A stretch of 64,000 nucleotides of DNA from Naegleria gruberi (Eukaryota): the NCBI GenBank assembly GCA_000004985.1, contig GG738897.1, one strand, 5' to 3'. Both the position numbers and the translations under genes were made by a program. Below the pieces are notes generated by a model. It saw only the letters and a list, made by a program, of their open reading frames with translations. It made no database searches and was not told the origin of the DNA. Each line of letters opens with the position of its first letter. Within the stretch, counting starts at the first letter, position 1. This document shows, one piece after another, positions 45,501-55,776 of this stretch.

Positions 45501-46943
45501 GTTGGACGTATTCTGAACAGATTTACACAAGATATCAATGCCACTGACAATGAAATGTTATTCACCATACCAGTGGCTATTAATATTATTCTAAACATTC
45601 TCCTGACCATCATTCTGATTTCTACAATCACTCCATTATTCCTTGTTGTAATTGTACCTATTGGATTGGTCTTTTATCTCATTCAGATTTATTATAGAGT
45701 TAGCTCGAGAGAAATTAGAAGATTAGAGTCAATTGCAAGAAGTCCAAGTTTATCACACTTCTCATCGTGTCTCCAAGGTATTAACACAATTAAGGCACTA
45801 CTAGTTCATGAACAAATATTCCATGATTGTAATAGAAAGATTGATTTTGCTACCAAACATTCACATTTCCGTTTTGCAATTAACAGATGGTTGGGTATTA
45901 GAATTCAAGTTTTAGCCCAAATTGTGGTTTTCTTTACAGCCTTGTTTGCCATTATTGCAAGACATACTACTACTTATATTGCACCATCTCTTTTAGCTCT
46001 TTCTATTACTTACTCACTTCAGTTGACTGATAATTTTACCTTCCTTATCAGATACTTTGTAGATTTAGAAAGCTCAATGACCAGTGTTGAACGTATTGTT
46101 CACTATTGTAATAATATTGATTCGGAAGCACCAACTGAACAGGAGGATGATCCTAGTCCAGAAGAATGGCCTTCAGAGGGTCGTATTGAAGCTACCAATT
46201 TCTCAGTAAGATACAGATCTGATTTGGATCCTGTATTGAAATCGATTAACTTTACTATTGATCCAGGAACAAAGGTAGGAATTGTTGGAAGAAGTGGCTC
46301 TGGAAAGAGTAGTTTGCTGATATCACTTTTTAGATTCCTTGAAGCAGATAGTGGAAATATCAAAATTGATGGTTATAACATTTCAGATATTGGATTGAAA
46401 AGATTGAGACAATCACTCTTGATTATTCCTCAACAACCAGTACTGTTCACTGGTACTATCAGATATAATTTGGACATTTTTAATGAATTTACAGATAAGG
46501 AAATATGGTCAGCTCTAGAACGTGTTCATTTGAAGAATAAGATTAGATCTATGGAAAAGAAATTGGATGAACCTGTAACAGAAAATGGAGGTAACTTTTC
46601 CATCGGTGAAAGACAACTAGTCTCGCTAGCCAGATGCATATTAAGAAAGGCCAAAATTATTATTTTCGATGAGAGTACTGCCTTTGTGGATCATCAAGCT
46701 GATGCTCTAGTTCAAAAAATTGTAAGAGAAGAATTTAAACATGCCACAATCATCACTGTAGCCCACAGACTTGACACAATTATTGATTCTGATAAAATCA
46801 TTGTCATGGAATTTGGTGAAATATTGGAGGTTGGATCTCCAAAGGAATTATTGAAACAAGAAGACAGTAACTTTTACAAGTTGGTTAAGGAAACTGGTAA
46901 AAATTATTCATCCTTCCTCAAACAACAAGCATTCAAAGAATAA
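42585..46943 (+). CDS. ABC transporter, ABCC/MRP-type full transporter (TMD-NBD-TMD-NBD), ~1452 aa
   Basis: The track ORF starts on TTG; the first ATG is at 42585. NBD1 has Walker A GNTGSGKSS, signature LSLGQKHRIGLARA and Walker B ILMDSSLNSID (catalytic Glu replaced, so a degenerate site as in ABCC proteins). NBD2 has GRSGSGKSSL, FSIGERQLVSLARC and IIIFDESTAFVD, then H-loop VAHRL. Two 6-helix TMDs are present. Confidence 0.85.
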   Translation: MKMEEEQDVSSMSQQQSSGARISEEEVIIEGEEVMVPMTSMEEENNTLLIPNYEHFPSDDDSVERENSHRDMIDNFKDGIDISSPEDYEHSSGIISKLFFSFLDPLIKVGYKKGGRNDKPFAGIVQLIRKLLIYLKIRKENQEIEDNFEGLQHSDIPKLPKHIQTDNIYPIFEKSFKHVYLKKRRYYSEAGNLWSSNGTLLIRVIEKVFRWRGFYSIALWRIISIIATYIAPLILYILLEAIRTHSSEDSNINVNKNQTEPIQNSTLPLYFMGITYMENSSSIVNATLIESYLPLSNIYFQFSLLCFLFISSSFSFIFQQHYFFGSCKVWLGVKNSLQASIFQKLTRITPSARSKFESGELTNLFSTDTNRLAGVIIELHDLWLTPIMIIVGMTLIILFFGFSAVAGILAMIAFAPVLGVLAKLLTKIETELSKHKDERIKVMSEILNGIRIVKFFVFEDKMKERVYDARAKEYQGLRKGALIRCFQLLTSATTSVVGSGVTFISHYYMGGELTMSNMFTGLVLFETFRTPLFNYPNYLSMAVTAYVSAKRIGNFLFADEITSLPHDPENKSNLFKAEENKDLNDSISSPLVDFAIKFKNATISWGEHSSPILKNINLTLEKGKLYCLIGNTGSGKSSLFSSIYGDTVIVNGSVSVNPYSKLTLSDENPWMINGTVRENIIFDKSLDFDSEKYEKVLDVCQLRSDLAGFQNYDQSEIGYSGINLSLGQKHRIGLARACYSNSDIILMDSSLNSIDARLCKKIFRDCIMDYLKDRTRILITHSLQLLKMADEVIVLQQGEIVAKGPLKDIMDSYDFSKLITEDDNNEKSEESSPEISEEKPKSKTTEKGSESKGKLVLNEERTTGNISWGIFYDYLKEYGISLILLCIFLSFASLGTKLLSQMWISFMNMNTFQMSIANYVWIYLVIGCLDSLILFIRSGFYSYGSLKSSLKLHNKMLEGVLRAPILFFDQNPVGRILNRFTQDINATDNEMLFTIPVAINIILNILLTIILISTITPLFLVVIVPIGLVFYLIQIYYRVSSREIRRLESIARSPSLSHFSSCLQGINTIKALLVHEQIFHDCNRKIDFATKHSHFRFAINRWLGIRIQVLAQIVVFFTALFAIIARHTTTYIAPSLLALSITYSLQLTDNFTFLIRYFVDLESSMTSVERIVHYCNNIDSEAPTEQEDDPSPEEWPSEGRIEATNFSVRYRSDLDPVLKSINFTIDPGTKVGIVGRSGSGKSSLLISLFRFLEADSGNIKIDGYNISDIGLKRLRQSLLIIPQQPVLFTGTIRYNLDIFNEFTDKEIWSALERVHLKNKIRSMEKKLDEPVTENGGNFSIGERQLVSLARCILRKAKIIIFDESTAFVDHQADALVQKIVREEFKHATIITVAHRLDTIIDSDKIIVMEFGEILEVGSPKELLKQEDSNFYKLVKETGKNYSSFLKQQAFKE

Positions 46944-47030
46944 AATGTCATCTTTATTTAAAATATATTTTATTTATTATTATTTGAAAATAAGAGTACA
47001 AACAAGGAATATTTACAAGAATAGGGAATG

Positions 47031-49974
47031 CTAATGATAAATGTTTTTCTTAACATTCTTCTTCCTCTTCTTTTGGATCTTTCCAACTGAACCAGAACTA
47101 TAGGAGTCATCTGCCAATGTAGGACTGTTATCAGATGGGAAAGACCAAGGGGAAGGTGGACTGACACCCAAAAGAATATTTCCTGGAGAAGTCAAGTAGG
47201 AAACTTCTTCCTTTCCGTCAATATCGTTCATAGAGGAAAGTGAATTAGGCTTTCTAATCTTCTTTCTGCCCAATGAGGTAGGAACTGGAGGAGCTGAGTT
47301 TGGTGTTGGTGGAGGAGCAAGCTTTTTAGCGGATTGCTTTTGCTTATTCTTGTGTTTCTTCTTTTGCTTATTATTATAGGAAGAACTGGCAAAGTGAGAA
47401 TGGTAATAAGTGGAAAATGGAAGAGCATATTCTGATTGTTCATAAAATCCTGATCCTTCTTGTTGTCTGAAAAGTTTTCTGAGATCCTTCAGCTCTTGTT
47501 TAAGATCTGAGGAGAGATCCTTTTTGTAATTGTTGGTTTTTCTTACCTTTGACATGTTGTGAACTATAAAATAAGTGCATGTTTCCCTCAAATGCTTCAC
47601 ATCATATGAATCAGCAATGCTAAATATGGTGGAGGCATTTCCTGGGTGAATCTTCTTTTCAATAACACTTTGACACATTAGAGATAATCTTTCAAGTTGA
47701 TAGACTTCTGCAGCAACAAGAAGTTCTACTGAAATATCAAAGTTGATGGACACATTTCCACTATACAAATATTGAAGTACTAACTTGAAAACCTGAGGTC
47801 TAATGCCAGTAAGTTCAAATTCATCAATTTTGGTCATACCAATTGAATGTTGTTGTTGTGGTTTGTTGGAAAGCATCCTACGGAAGAATTTGGATCTAGA
47901 ATTGAGAATACATCTATGACAGGCAATCCTTTCTTTTTCAGCACCAACACTAAACAAAACGTCGCAATTAGATTGATCAGAATTAATAAAAGTAGTAGTA
48001 CTAAGAACAGTACTGAAAATATTACCACCATCTTGAGTTGAGACTGACATTGGAGAAGTGATTGAATAATTATCATCCTCATCTGATGAGTCATCATTCT
48101 CACTTTGAGATGCAGAGACATATTGACTAAAGTCAAAATGGGCCTTTGAGCTACTCGGAGGAGAATCGAGGCGATCTTGATCTTCATTCTTCTCCAATAA
48201 GAGGCTCTTTTCTGTAGATTCATAAAGTTTCTTCATGTCCGTATAGAGGGTTGGAGCAGGGATAGATGTGGTAAAATCTGAATCTAAATGTTTTGAGCAT
48301 AGAGCAAATAGTCTATCCAGTGAAAATGCAACTGCTAAGAAAATTAGCTCATAAATGCAACATCTTATATCTACATCAACTGGAATATCCTCTCCATCCA
48401 ACAAACCGACTCGGTCTGTATATAAATATTCAAGTAATCCTCTGAATCCGTAGCTCTTTACCTTTTCTGATTTTTGTTTTAATTCTTCATATTTCTCTGT
48501 TGCCTTGTGCTTTTTCTTTTTCATTAGAGCGTCTGCAGCATCACCTACGTTAACAATATCGTTAGATGATAGCCTCATACATTCTCTATATAAAAGAGGA
48601 GCACGGGCATATATTATTGGTCTGTGTGCATGGTAGAATTGGCCATTATATTCTAGAATAGTATCTGAATAATCTTCCGAGTCAATTAGAGAACTTAAAT
48701 CACTAGTTAGTGTGGATCTTCCACAATCAATTGGCTCAATCCCTCTTATTCCTGTTTCTAAAGTGTAGACATTATTGGATATTTGGGTACTGGAATCATT
48801 TTCTGCAAATTTTCCACCAATTATCCAAAGCTTGGTTCCAGCCATTTGAGCTGAATGACCAACAAGAGATGGTGGGGCAGGGGAGTTCTTATCTACATAG
48901 GGTTTTTCAATATCCCATCTAAAGTGTTCCAAATCTAAAACCATCAAATCATTAGAATGGGAGTGAGCATTAACCAAACCACCAAATACAATCATCTTGT
49001 TGGCAATAATATTGGCAGTGTGGTGGACTCTCTTCGCAGAGTCAGTTGTACCTTCAATTTTGATATGCTTCCAAGTGAGAGTATCAAGATCAAGACTGTA
49101 CAAATCATTGAACAAGTGTTGATCATTACCACCTCCGAAAATGTAAAGAGAATTATTGTAGTGGACACAAGTGTGACCATATCTTGGAGAAGGTTTAACA
49201 CCCTGAGTCTTTTCTCTAACCCAAGTGTTTGATTCCGTATCAATCACCATGAGATCATTGAAATAGTTAGTACCATCAGTACCACCGAATATATACATCT
49301 TGGTTCCATCAATAACATTGGTAGTGTGGCTGTTTGTCAATATTAATCAAGATAGCAGCACCAAGCATTCAAAGGAAAAATCGTTACGAAGGAAATGTGA
49401 AAAAGTAACCAATCAAAGGGTTAATTGTTGTTGTGTGAATAAATTGTTATTGTTGTAAACAAGTTTGTACTTACCCGTAGAGTGCAGGAAGAATATCTTG
49501 AGCAGAGTGTCTGGCTGAACACTTGACTTTCAACCACTCCATACTTTCGATATCGAATCTGTAGAGTGAGTTGCTTGCAGTACCTTTTTCTAATTGTCCA
49601 CCATAGATATACAGAGTACATTTAGAGACTTGGGTCATGGTATGTTGGGAAAGTTTTGGTAGTTTTGCATTAGGGAATAGTTCATAGTCGTTTCTGTTGA
49701 GTTTCTCTGGTTTAATAGTACGAATACCTGTTGGTTTGATTGCCTTCTTCCTTCTGAGAATTTTAATAACATCATTCAAGCAGTGATACTCTCCAGATTC
49801 CAAGTTGTACACTACAAAGGAGTTGCTAAAGTGTTGTCCTTCAGCTTTATCAGCCCCTCCATAGATGTACATGTATTGTTTGTTGATAATTACAGAGGAG
49901 TGAAAATACCTCTGCAATTGATTGTCATTGCAGCTTTTCCAAAAAGAACCTAATAATCTAGCAATCCATATCAT
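47031..49974 (-). CDS. LZTR1-like protein: six Kelch repeats followed by two BTB domains (~932 aa), 2 exons: 49475..49974 and 47031..49329, intron 49330..49474
   Basis: Kelch blades are marked by YMYIYGG, LYIYGG, MYIFGG, LYIFGGG, MIVFGG and LWIIGG. BTB1 is DTILEYNGQFYHAHRPIIYARAPLL; BTB2 is CDVLFSVGAEKERIACHRCILNSRSKFFRRML. A 145-nt intron gtaagtac...aaacag (phase 2) joins ...ILPALYG|HTTNVIDGTKMYIFGG. The C-terminus is basic and P-rich. Confidence 0.75.
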
Positions 49975-50834
49975 AGTTTAATTAATATATAAAGTATATA
50001 GATGAAATATAAATAATATAAAAATGTATAATAATAATACTATTAAAGTGTAAGTGTGATGATGAAGTGAAATTTATAGAAGCATATGGCTTGCGGTATT
50101 AGATAATTTAATATATAATTGTTATGATGATGATATGATAATAATAATATTAGGCTTTGCTACTCCAATCTAAAAAAACGTTAAAATCAATCCAATAATA
50201 AAAACAAAATATCCACAAAATAATACTAATAAACGAATGTTCTAGTGATGATAATTTGTTATAGTTGAAGTGATGATGAATGAAACGATATTGTTGTTGT
50301 TGTTGGGGGTATTTGTTATGATAGTGTTGTTGTACAACGGCAGCAAGGAGGACAAGAGAGGTGACGACGAGAAAAAATTTTTAATTACAACAACTTTAAA
50401 AATAGAACACAAGCGTTTTTGTAGGCAAAAAAGCAAACTGTAAAATTCAATTTAAGAGTTCTGGAAAAAAGTCCTCACTTTTGAAAATAAACTTTGTTGG
50501 GTGCAATTTGTGATCTGACATCCACCATAGAATAGAAGGCACAATAACACGAATCAAGCACTTGGTTGGTTCAAAAAATGTTTCAATCGTAGCATGTGGA
50601 TATTGAAGATTGCATGTGGATTTTAACTCATGAAGGTTGATTTAAATTGAAGAATTCACTTGCTAACTGAAAGGTGGTTCCATGGAGAGATGGCAATGTC
50701 AGTAACAATCTTAATTCGTGAAAATGTATCTGTGCTTTTATTTGTTGAATTCTTGTGAAAATTAGAACTGAAGAAAATCGTTCTAATTCTACTAGAAATT
50801 CGAACCGTTACATGTAATAAAACACAATTAAAAA

Positions 50835-51668
50835 ATGAAGAGAAAGGGAGTCATGACTATTGGTGATTTGCTGAAAGCCAAACACAATGATCAAAAGCCA
50901 GAGCTGTCAATCCAAGAACCAAACAAGAAGAAACAAAAGATTATTGGCCGAACTCTTGGATCATTGACAGAAGAATCAAAACTTGTAACAATTCAACCAA
51001 GCAACAGCAAAGACAAAACACAACATCAATATAAAACTGAAATGCTTATCAATGATGAAAATGGAGCCCAAGTTTCATTCATTTCGAATTTTGTCTCGAA
51101 ACCAGACTCGAAAGTACTCTTCAACAAGATTCTCTCCACTTGCACTTGGAAAACCAAAACTTATAATTATGGAGGGAAGGACGTGATATCACCTCGAGAA
51201 TTTTGTGGCATTTCTTCTCAGAGTGAATGGAGCAAAATACCAGAGCTTATCTCTCTCAAGGAACGAATTGAAAAGTTCACAAATCACACCTTCACTTATT
51301 GTTTCATTAACAAGTACAAGGATGGAAATGATTCAATATATTGGCATTCAGATAAAGAGAAGGGACTCAAGAAGGGATGTCCAATCGTATCGATTTCTCT
51401 TGGTAGGTAAATCAATTATTGGCTTACTTGACATTACTTGAATTATTCATTTTCAACAATAGGCCAAGAAAGGGATTTTCAATTTAGACCAAAAATATCT
51501 AAGAATTCCAAGCAACAGAAGGATGGAAACATCATTGAAAAGAACCTTCCCGATGGTTCAATGGTTGTTATGAATTATGAAACTCAAGAATACTATGAAC
51601 ACTCCTTACCAAAAAGAAGAAATATTCACAACATTCGTCTGAATCTCACATTTCGAAATTACGTATAA
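50835..51668 (+). CDS. ALKBH2/3-like Fe(II)/2-oxoglutarate-dependent dioxygenase (AlkB family), 257 aa, 2 exons: 50835..51402 and 51463..51668
   Basis: NKYKDGNDSIYWHSDKE carries the HxD iron ligands. The junction gives ...PIVSISL-G-QERDFQFRPK, matching ALKBH2 PIASVSFGACRDFVFRHK. Exon 2 has the second His (EYYEHSLP) and the 2OG-binding RLNLTFR. The 60-nt intron gtaggtaaatc...caacaatag is in phase 1. Confidence 0.75.
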
Positions 51669-52171
51669 ATTTTTTCTCTTGACCTCTCTCAACCCTTAAT
51701 AAATTACTTGACCGTAATGTTCTCTCTCGCTGAAGCATCTTTAACGCTCCGTAACGAACTCGCTTTTAGTGAGAAAATGTGCGAAGAATCAAGTACAAAT
51801 ATGTCTTTCTGTTTGCATTGGGAAAGTTTAAGCGCAACAACAGGAAGAGACCCGTTTTGAAATTCCTCACAGGATATCAATAATAGCAGACGCAATAAGC
51901 CAGCCTCGATTGAAAAATTCACTTTATGTGTGGTGATTTTTGCCCAGTATTTCAATAACATTGCCTCCAAGAAATAATCTACTTTGGTCGGCTATCGACT
52001 TTTTTGACCAAGCAGTTAATAAAGTCAACTATTGTTCTATGAGTGGTTCATCTCCAACAGAAAAAAAATTGAATAAGCCTCACTTCTCTTCATATTTATA
52101 CAAGTATATGGAACGAATATTGTTTCCCGAACAAGAATAACTATTAAATTATTGTAGTATTAAAATCAAAC

Positions 52172-55010
52172 ATGACTAGGGTACATCCAATGGTTCCTCA
52201 GGGTTCTGATAAAGAGGTAACTGAATTACGCCACTCTTTCGACACACCAATTTCTAATGTGAGGAATATTCCACTTAGAGTGCTTCACGACTCGATGGAA
52301 GTTAAGGAAAACAGCAACAACCTACAACCACACACTTCGTTTCTTCACGAGGATTACACATCTCAACATGATTTTCAATCAGGATCAAATTTGAATGTAT
52401 CTGGTAGGAATGGAGGCAAATTGAGTGGAGTAAAGAAGAAATATTCAATGAAACATCACTCTACTCATGAAACGAGTCATCTTAATATATCGATCAAAAC
52501 ATGTCTGATTGCATTGATTGCCTTTCTTGAAATTTTAACAGTCCTAACCTTGTCTAGTATATGGATTTCGTGTTTCCTTCCCTCCATGCTCAAGTGGGGG
52601 TCTTCAGTAAGAGAAAAGAGTTTTGATAACATTATACAATTCACAAGGTCCACATTGAAGGAACTGGCTCTGGTGACAGAAACAGAGAGGGAGCTGTTAT
52701 CAGATAACTTTGACCCTTACAATACACAGCTTGTTGAAAAACACATGTTCAGACTATTCAAAAATGAGCTAGTGAGACATCCATCTCTACCTGTAACCTT
52801 GTATTTAGGTGACCACACACGATACAATTACGGTGTTATGCAAATGGATGAAAATACTTTGGCAGCTTTTAACATGGATTCATACTACTATTGTCAAGAT
52901 TACCTGAATAATGATTTGTGCGTTAGAAACAACACACCTGATGAGGTATTGGGTGAGTTTGATATGACACCAATTTTGGAGGCTGCAAGTCAAGCACCTG
53001 GCGGGTCACGATTCACATTGAGTTATGCTGACATTTCATTGCCTAGTATCACATTCATCACATTACTATCAATGGTGAAAAATTCTACAAATCCTTCTGA
53101 TTTTATCTTTTGGATTGGCTACGATGTCTCTGTTCAGTCTTTTTCAATATATCTGAACTCTATCACAAAGGATACTCCTGGAGCAATTGCCTTTACTATA
53201 GAAGTTATGACTGATTATCTTATATCGAGTAAGTCTCATCATTGAATTTTAACTGTTTCTGTAACTATTAAATAGATTACAATCCAGATGTATCTGTAGC
53301 ATCTTGGGATGAAAATGAAGAGGAAACAAGAGTGACAGCTCGTACAGTAACTGATAATGGAACCAATCTCATTGCTGAACATGTTTACAAACTGTATCCA
53401 AATTTAACCGATATAACTTGTAATGAGAAAATATTGATGGAAGTAGATGGATACTATATTTCCATGTATCGATTATGTACTAATGAGAACATTGATTGGC
53501 TTATTGTTTTTGCTGAACCAACAATGAATTTTATGGAAGCAATCATTGTTGCTGTAAGCGCTGCTCTAGGTTCAAGTCTAGTTATCATTATTATTAGTAT
53601 TGGTATCGGAGTTTACATTGCCTTCAAGATTATTCAGCCATTCTATGATTTGATATTTAACTTTAGTGAGGTTTCAGAAATGAAACTTGAAGGACTTTCT
53701 TTTGAGACGAGCGTTTTCAGAGAAGTTCAAATTCTTCAGGGACATTTTAAGGGGATGGTTGAAAAAATCAAACTCTATCGTTGGTAAGTTGGACGAGGTT
53801 TCACAATCAAATTCTAATTTTCATGTTAGCTTTATTCCAAGCCATTTAATTTCAAAGATTGATGGAGAAGGAGAGGATACAGAAAAGAGCAGAAAATCAA
53901 AAGAATCACAAAGTAAGAATAGCCTTTCTTTCGAGAAAAAGATTGAAACTTCAGACAGTTTTACAAGTATCGTCAGTATAAAGAAACCTCAGGTAGATAC
54001 AATGGCAAGGTTTGCTCTTCATTTGGAGAGTAGAAGAGTTACCTTTGCATGTCTTCACATAGAGGGAATGGGTCGCTGTATCACAACAAGCTCCTACACA
54101 GAAATAGTCAGCATTTTGAGTGAAATATTCAAGTATGTGTACGATATTAGTAAATTGAGTGGAGGTTCTGTTGGAAACTTTGAAAGCGAAACTGTATTGA
54201 TTTCATTCAATTCCAATGCAGAGACGTCTGCAGCAGAGAAGAAGGCAGTAGTGTTTGCATCACAAACAGTTAAAAAGCTAAATGGGTTGAGTACCCTTAA
54301 GAAATCAATCAGTGGAAGGTCGTCGGAAAAGCCAATTGTTTTCAGAGCATCTGTCCTGTCTCAATATTGTTGTTGCGGTAACTTGGGAACGAATGAATTT
54401 AAGAATTTCACGATTGTGGGAAGTTTCAAACAAAACTTGATCATGATGATTGAGCTGGCCCTTCGATTGAATATTGAACTTGTTGTAACAGAAGATATTC
54501 GTACCAAGACTAATATTGTCTTCCAACACCGATACGTAGATACATTACAATTCTTAACTGAGACGCAGTATGGACTTCCTGAGCTAGATATATCAATATT
54601 CAAAAATTGGGTTTTCTCTCAAGCTGTTGAATATGGCAACTTGAATGTTTCGATGGAAACAGCCAACAATTCCTTCCTTAAACAAAACACTGATGTCAAC
54701 ATTTACGAATATGGAGAATTTATGGAGATAAAAGATGATGGTAAGTTCAATAGATTCTCAATCAAGTTATTTATTTGGCAACATTAAAGAATGGATGTAC
54801 GAATTGGAGGAAAAGAAGAAGAGAAATGAATGGCAGCCATACATTAATGCAACAAGTTTGTATTGGGAAAGGAAGTGTGATGAAGCAATTGCAATTCTGA
54901 ATGAGTTCTTGGATAAATCAATAGAGAATGGAAAGGCTGACTTGCCAACCATTAATTTACTGGAAAAGATTAAGAGACAAATTGATAAGGAACAAGAAAG
55001 CACACAATAA
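52172..55010 (+). CDS. receptor-type protein: N-terminal cytoplasmic segment, TM, extracellular Cache-like sensor domain, TM, class III nucleotidyl-cyclase homology domain (probably catalytically degenerate); 4 exons: 52172..53228, 53276..53783, 53830..54740, 54790..55010 (last intron/terminal exon less certain)
   Basis: TM1 is CLIALIAFLEILTVLTLSSIWISCFL. About 330 aa of extracellular sequence end in the Cache-typical ...YYISMYRLCTNENIDWLIVFAEP. TM2 is AIIVAVSAALGSSLVIIIISIGIGVYIAF. The intracellular part has a cyclase-homology fold signature: RRVTFACLHIEGMGRCITTSSYTEIVSILSEIF..YDIS.LSGGSVGNFESETVLISFN ... KPIVFRASVLSQYCCCGNLG...FTIVGSFKQNLIMMIELA. Introns: 53229..53275 (gtaagt...aaatag, phase 1), 53784..53829 (gtaagt...catgttag, phase 2), and 54741..54789 (49 nt, gtaagttcaatag...attaaag, phase 1) linking to the 55010 stop. 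Without the last intron the ORF ends at 54787. Confidence 0.55.
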
Positions 55011-55776
55011 CTGGAAACAACTTTAGAATTCAAAAGAAACTATTTCATGTGTGATGATTAACACCGACAGGTAATTGAATACTTCTCTCAAACTAAAACA
55101 GAAAGCTAACAAACTAACATTAGTAAAGTTTATCTCTTTTTATTCAGCATTTTCACTTTCCTTATGCACATTTATTACAAATTGCCCTGAACAAACTCAG
55201 TTCCTCCAATCAACAACCTCACCTTGAGTTTACAATGACAATGTCGCTGTTTTGATCGAACCAAATTCAGTAATTTTGGTTGTCAAACAATTTTTCTCTC
55301 TCCATTATGCATACAACAAGGCTCTTGTAAACTCTGATTCTTATGTTCAAGTTGTGGCTCCGAGGCAAAAGAGATACGACCAAAGCATCACATAAAAAAA
55401 ATCCTGTAACATAAAACAACAATAACTTGTAAACAATGTATGTTTTTTTAAATATTTGATCTAGGTGTTTGCTTACTGAGAGATCCTGATCTTGTGAATG
55501 GACAATTTTAATTTACTGATGATGATGATTCATATATTTGTGGTGGTAACCTATATGATCTTGCTTTGTCTGATGATGATATTTGGTTAATATGGCGAAT
55601 TTTGTGTTTGGACCATTGTCAACCATATTTGCTCTTCTATACAACAAAAATCCATTCATATTCTATTTGTGTATGATGATGTTAATATTATCCTCCACCA
55701 ATTCAATAATAATATATTAATAATATAATATTGATGGTATGATGATGATGATAAATTGTGTGATCAATGACCAAAT

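Noticed and set aside
54741-54753. 13-nt GT..AG segment (gtaagttcaatag) that would also link the cyclase-homology ORF to the downstream frame
   Set aside because: It is far too short to be a spliceosomal intron. The 49-nt alternative using the same donor (acceptor at 54789) is preferred.
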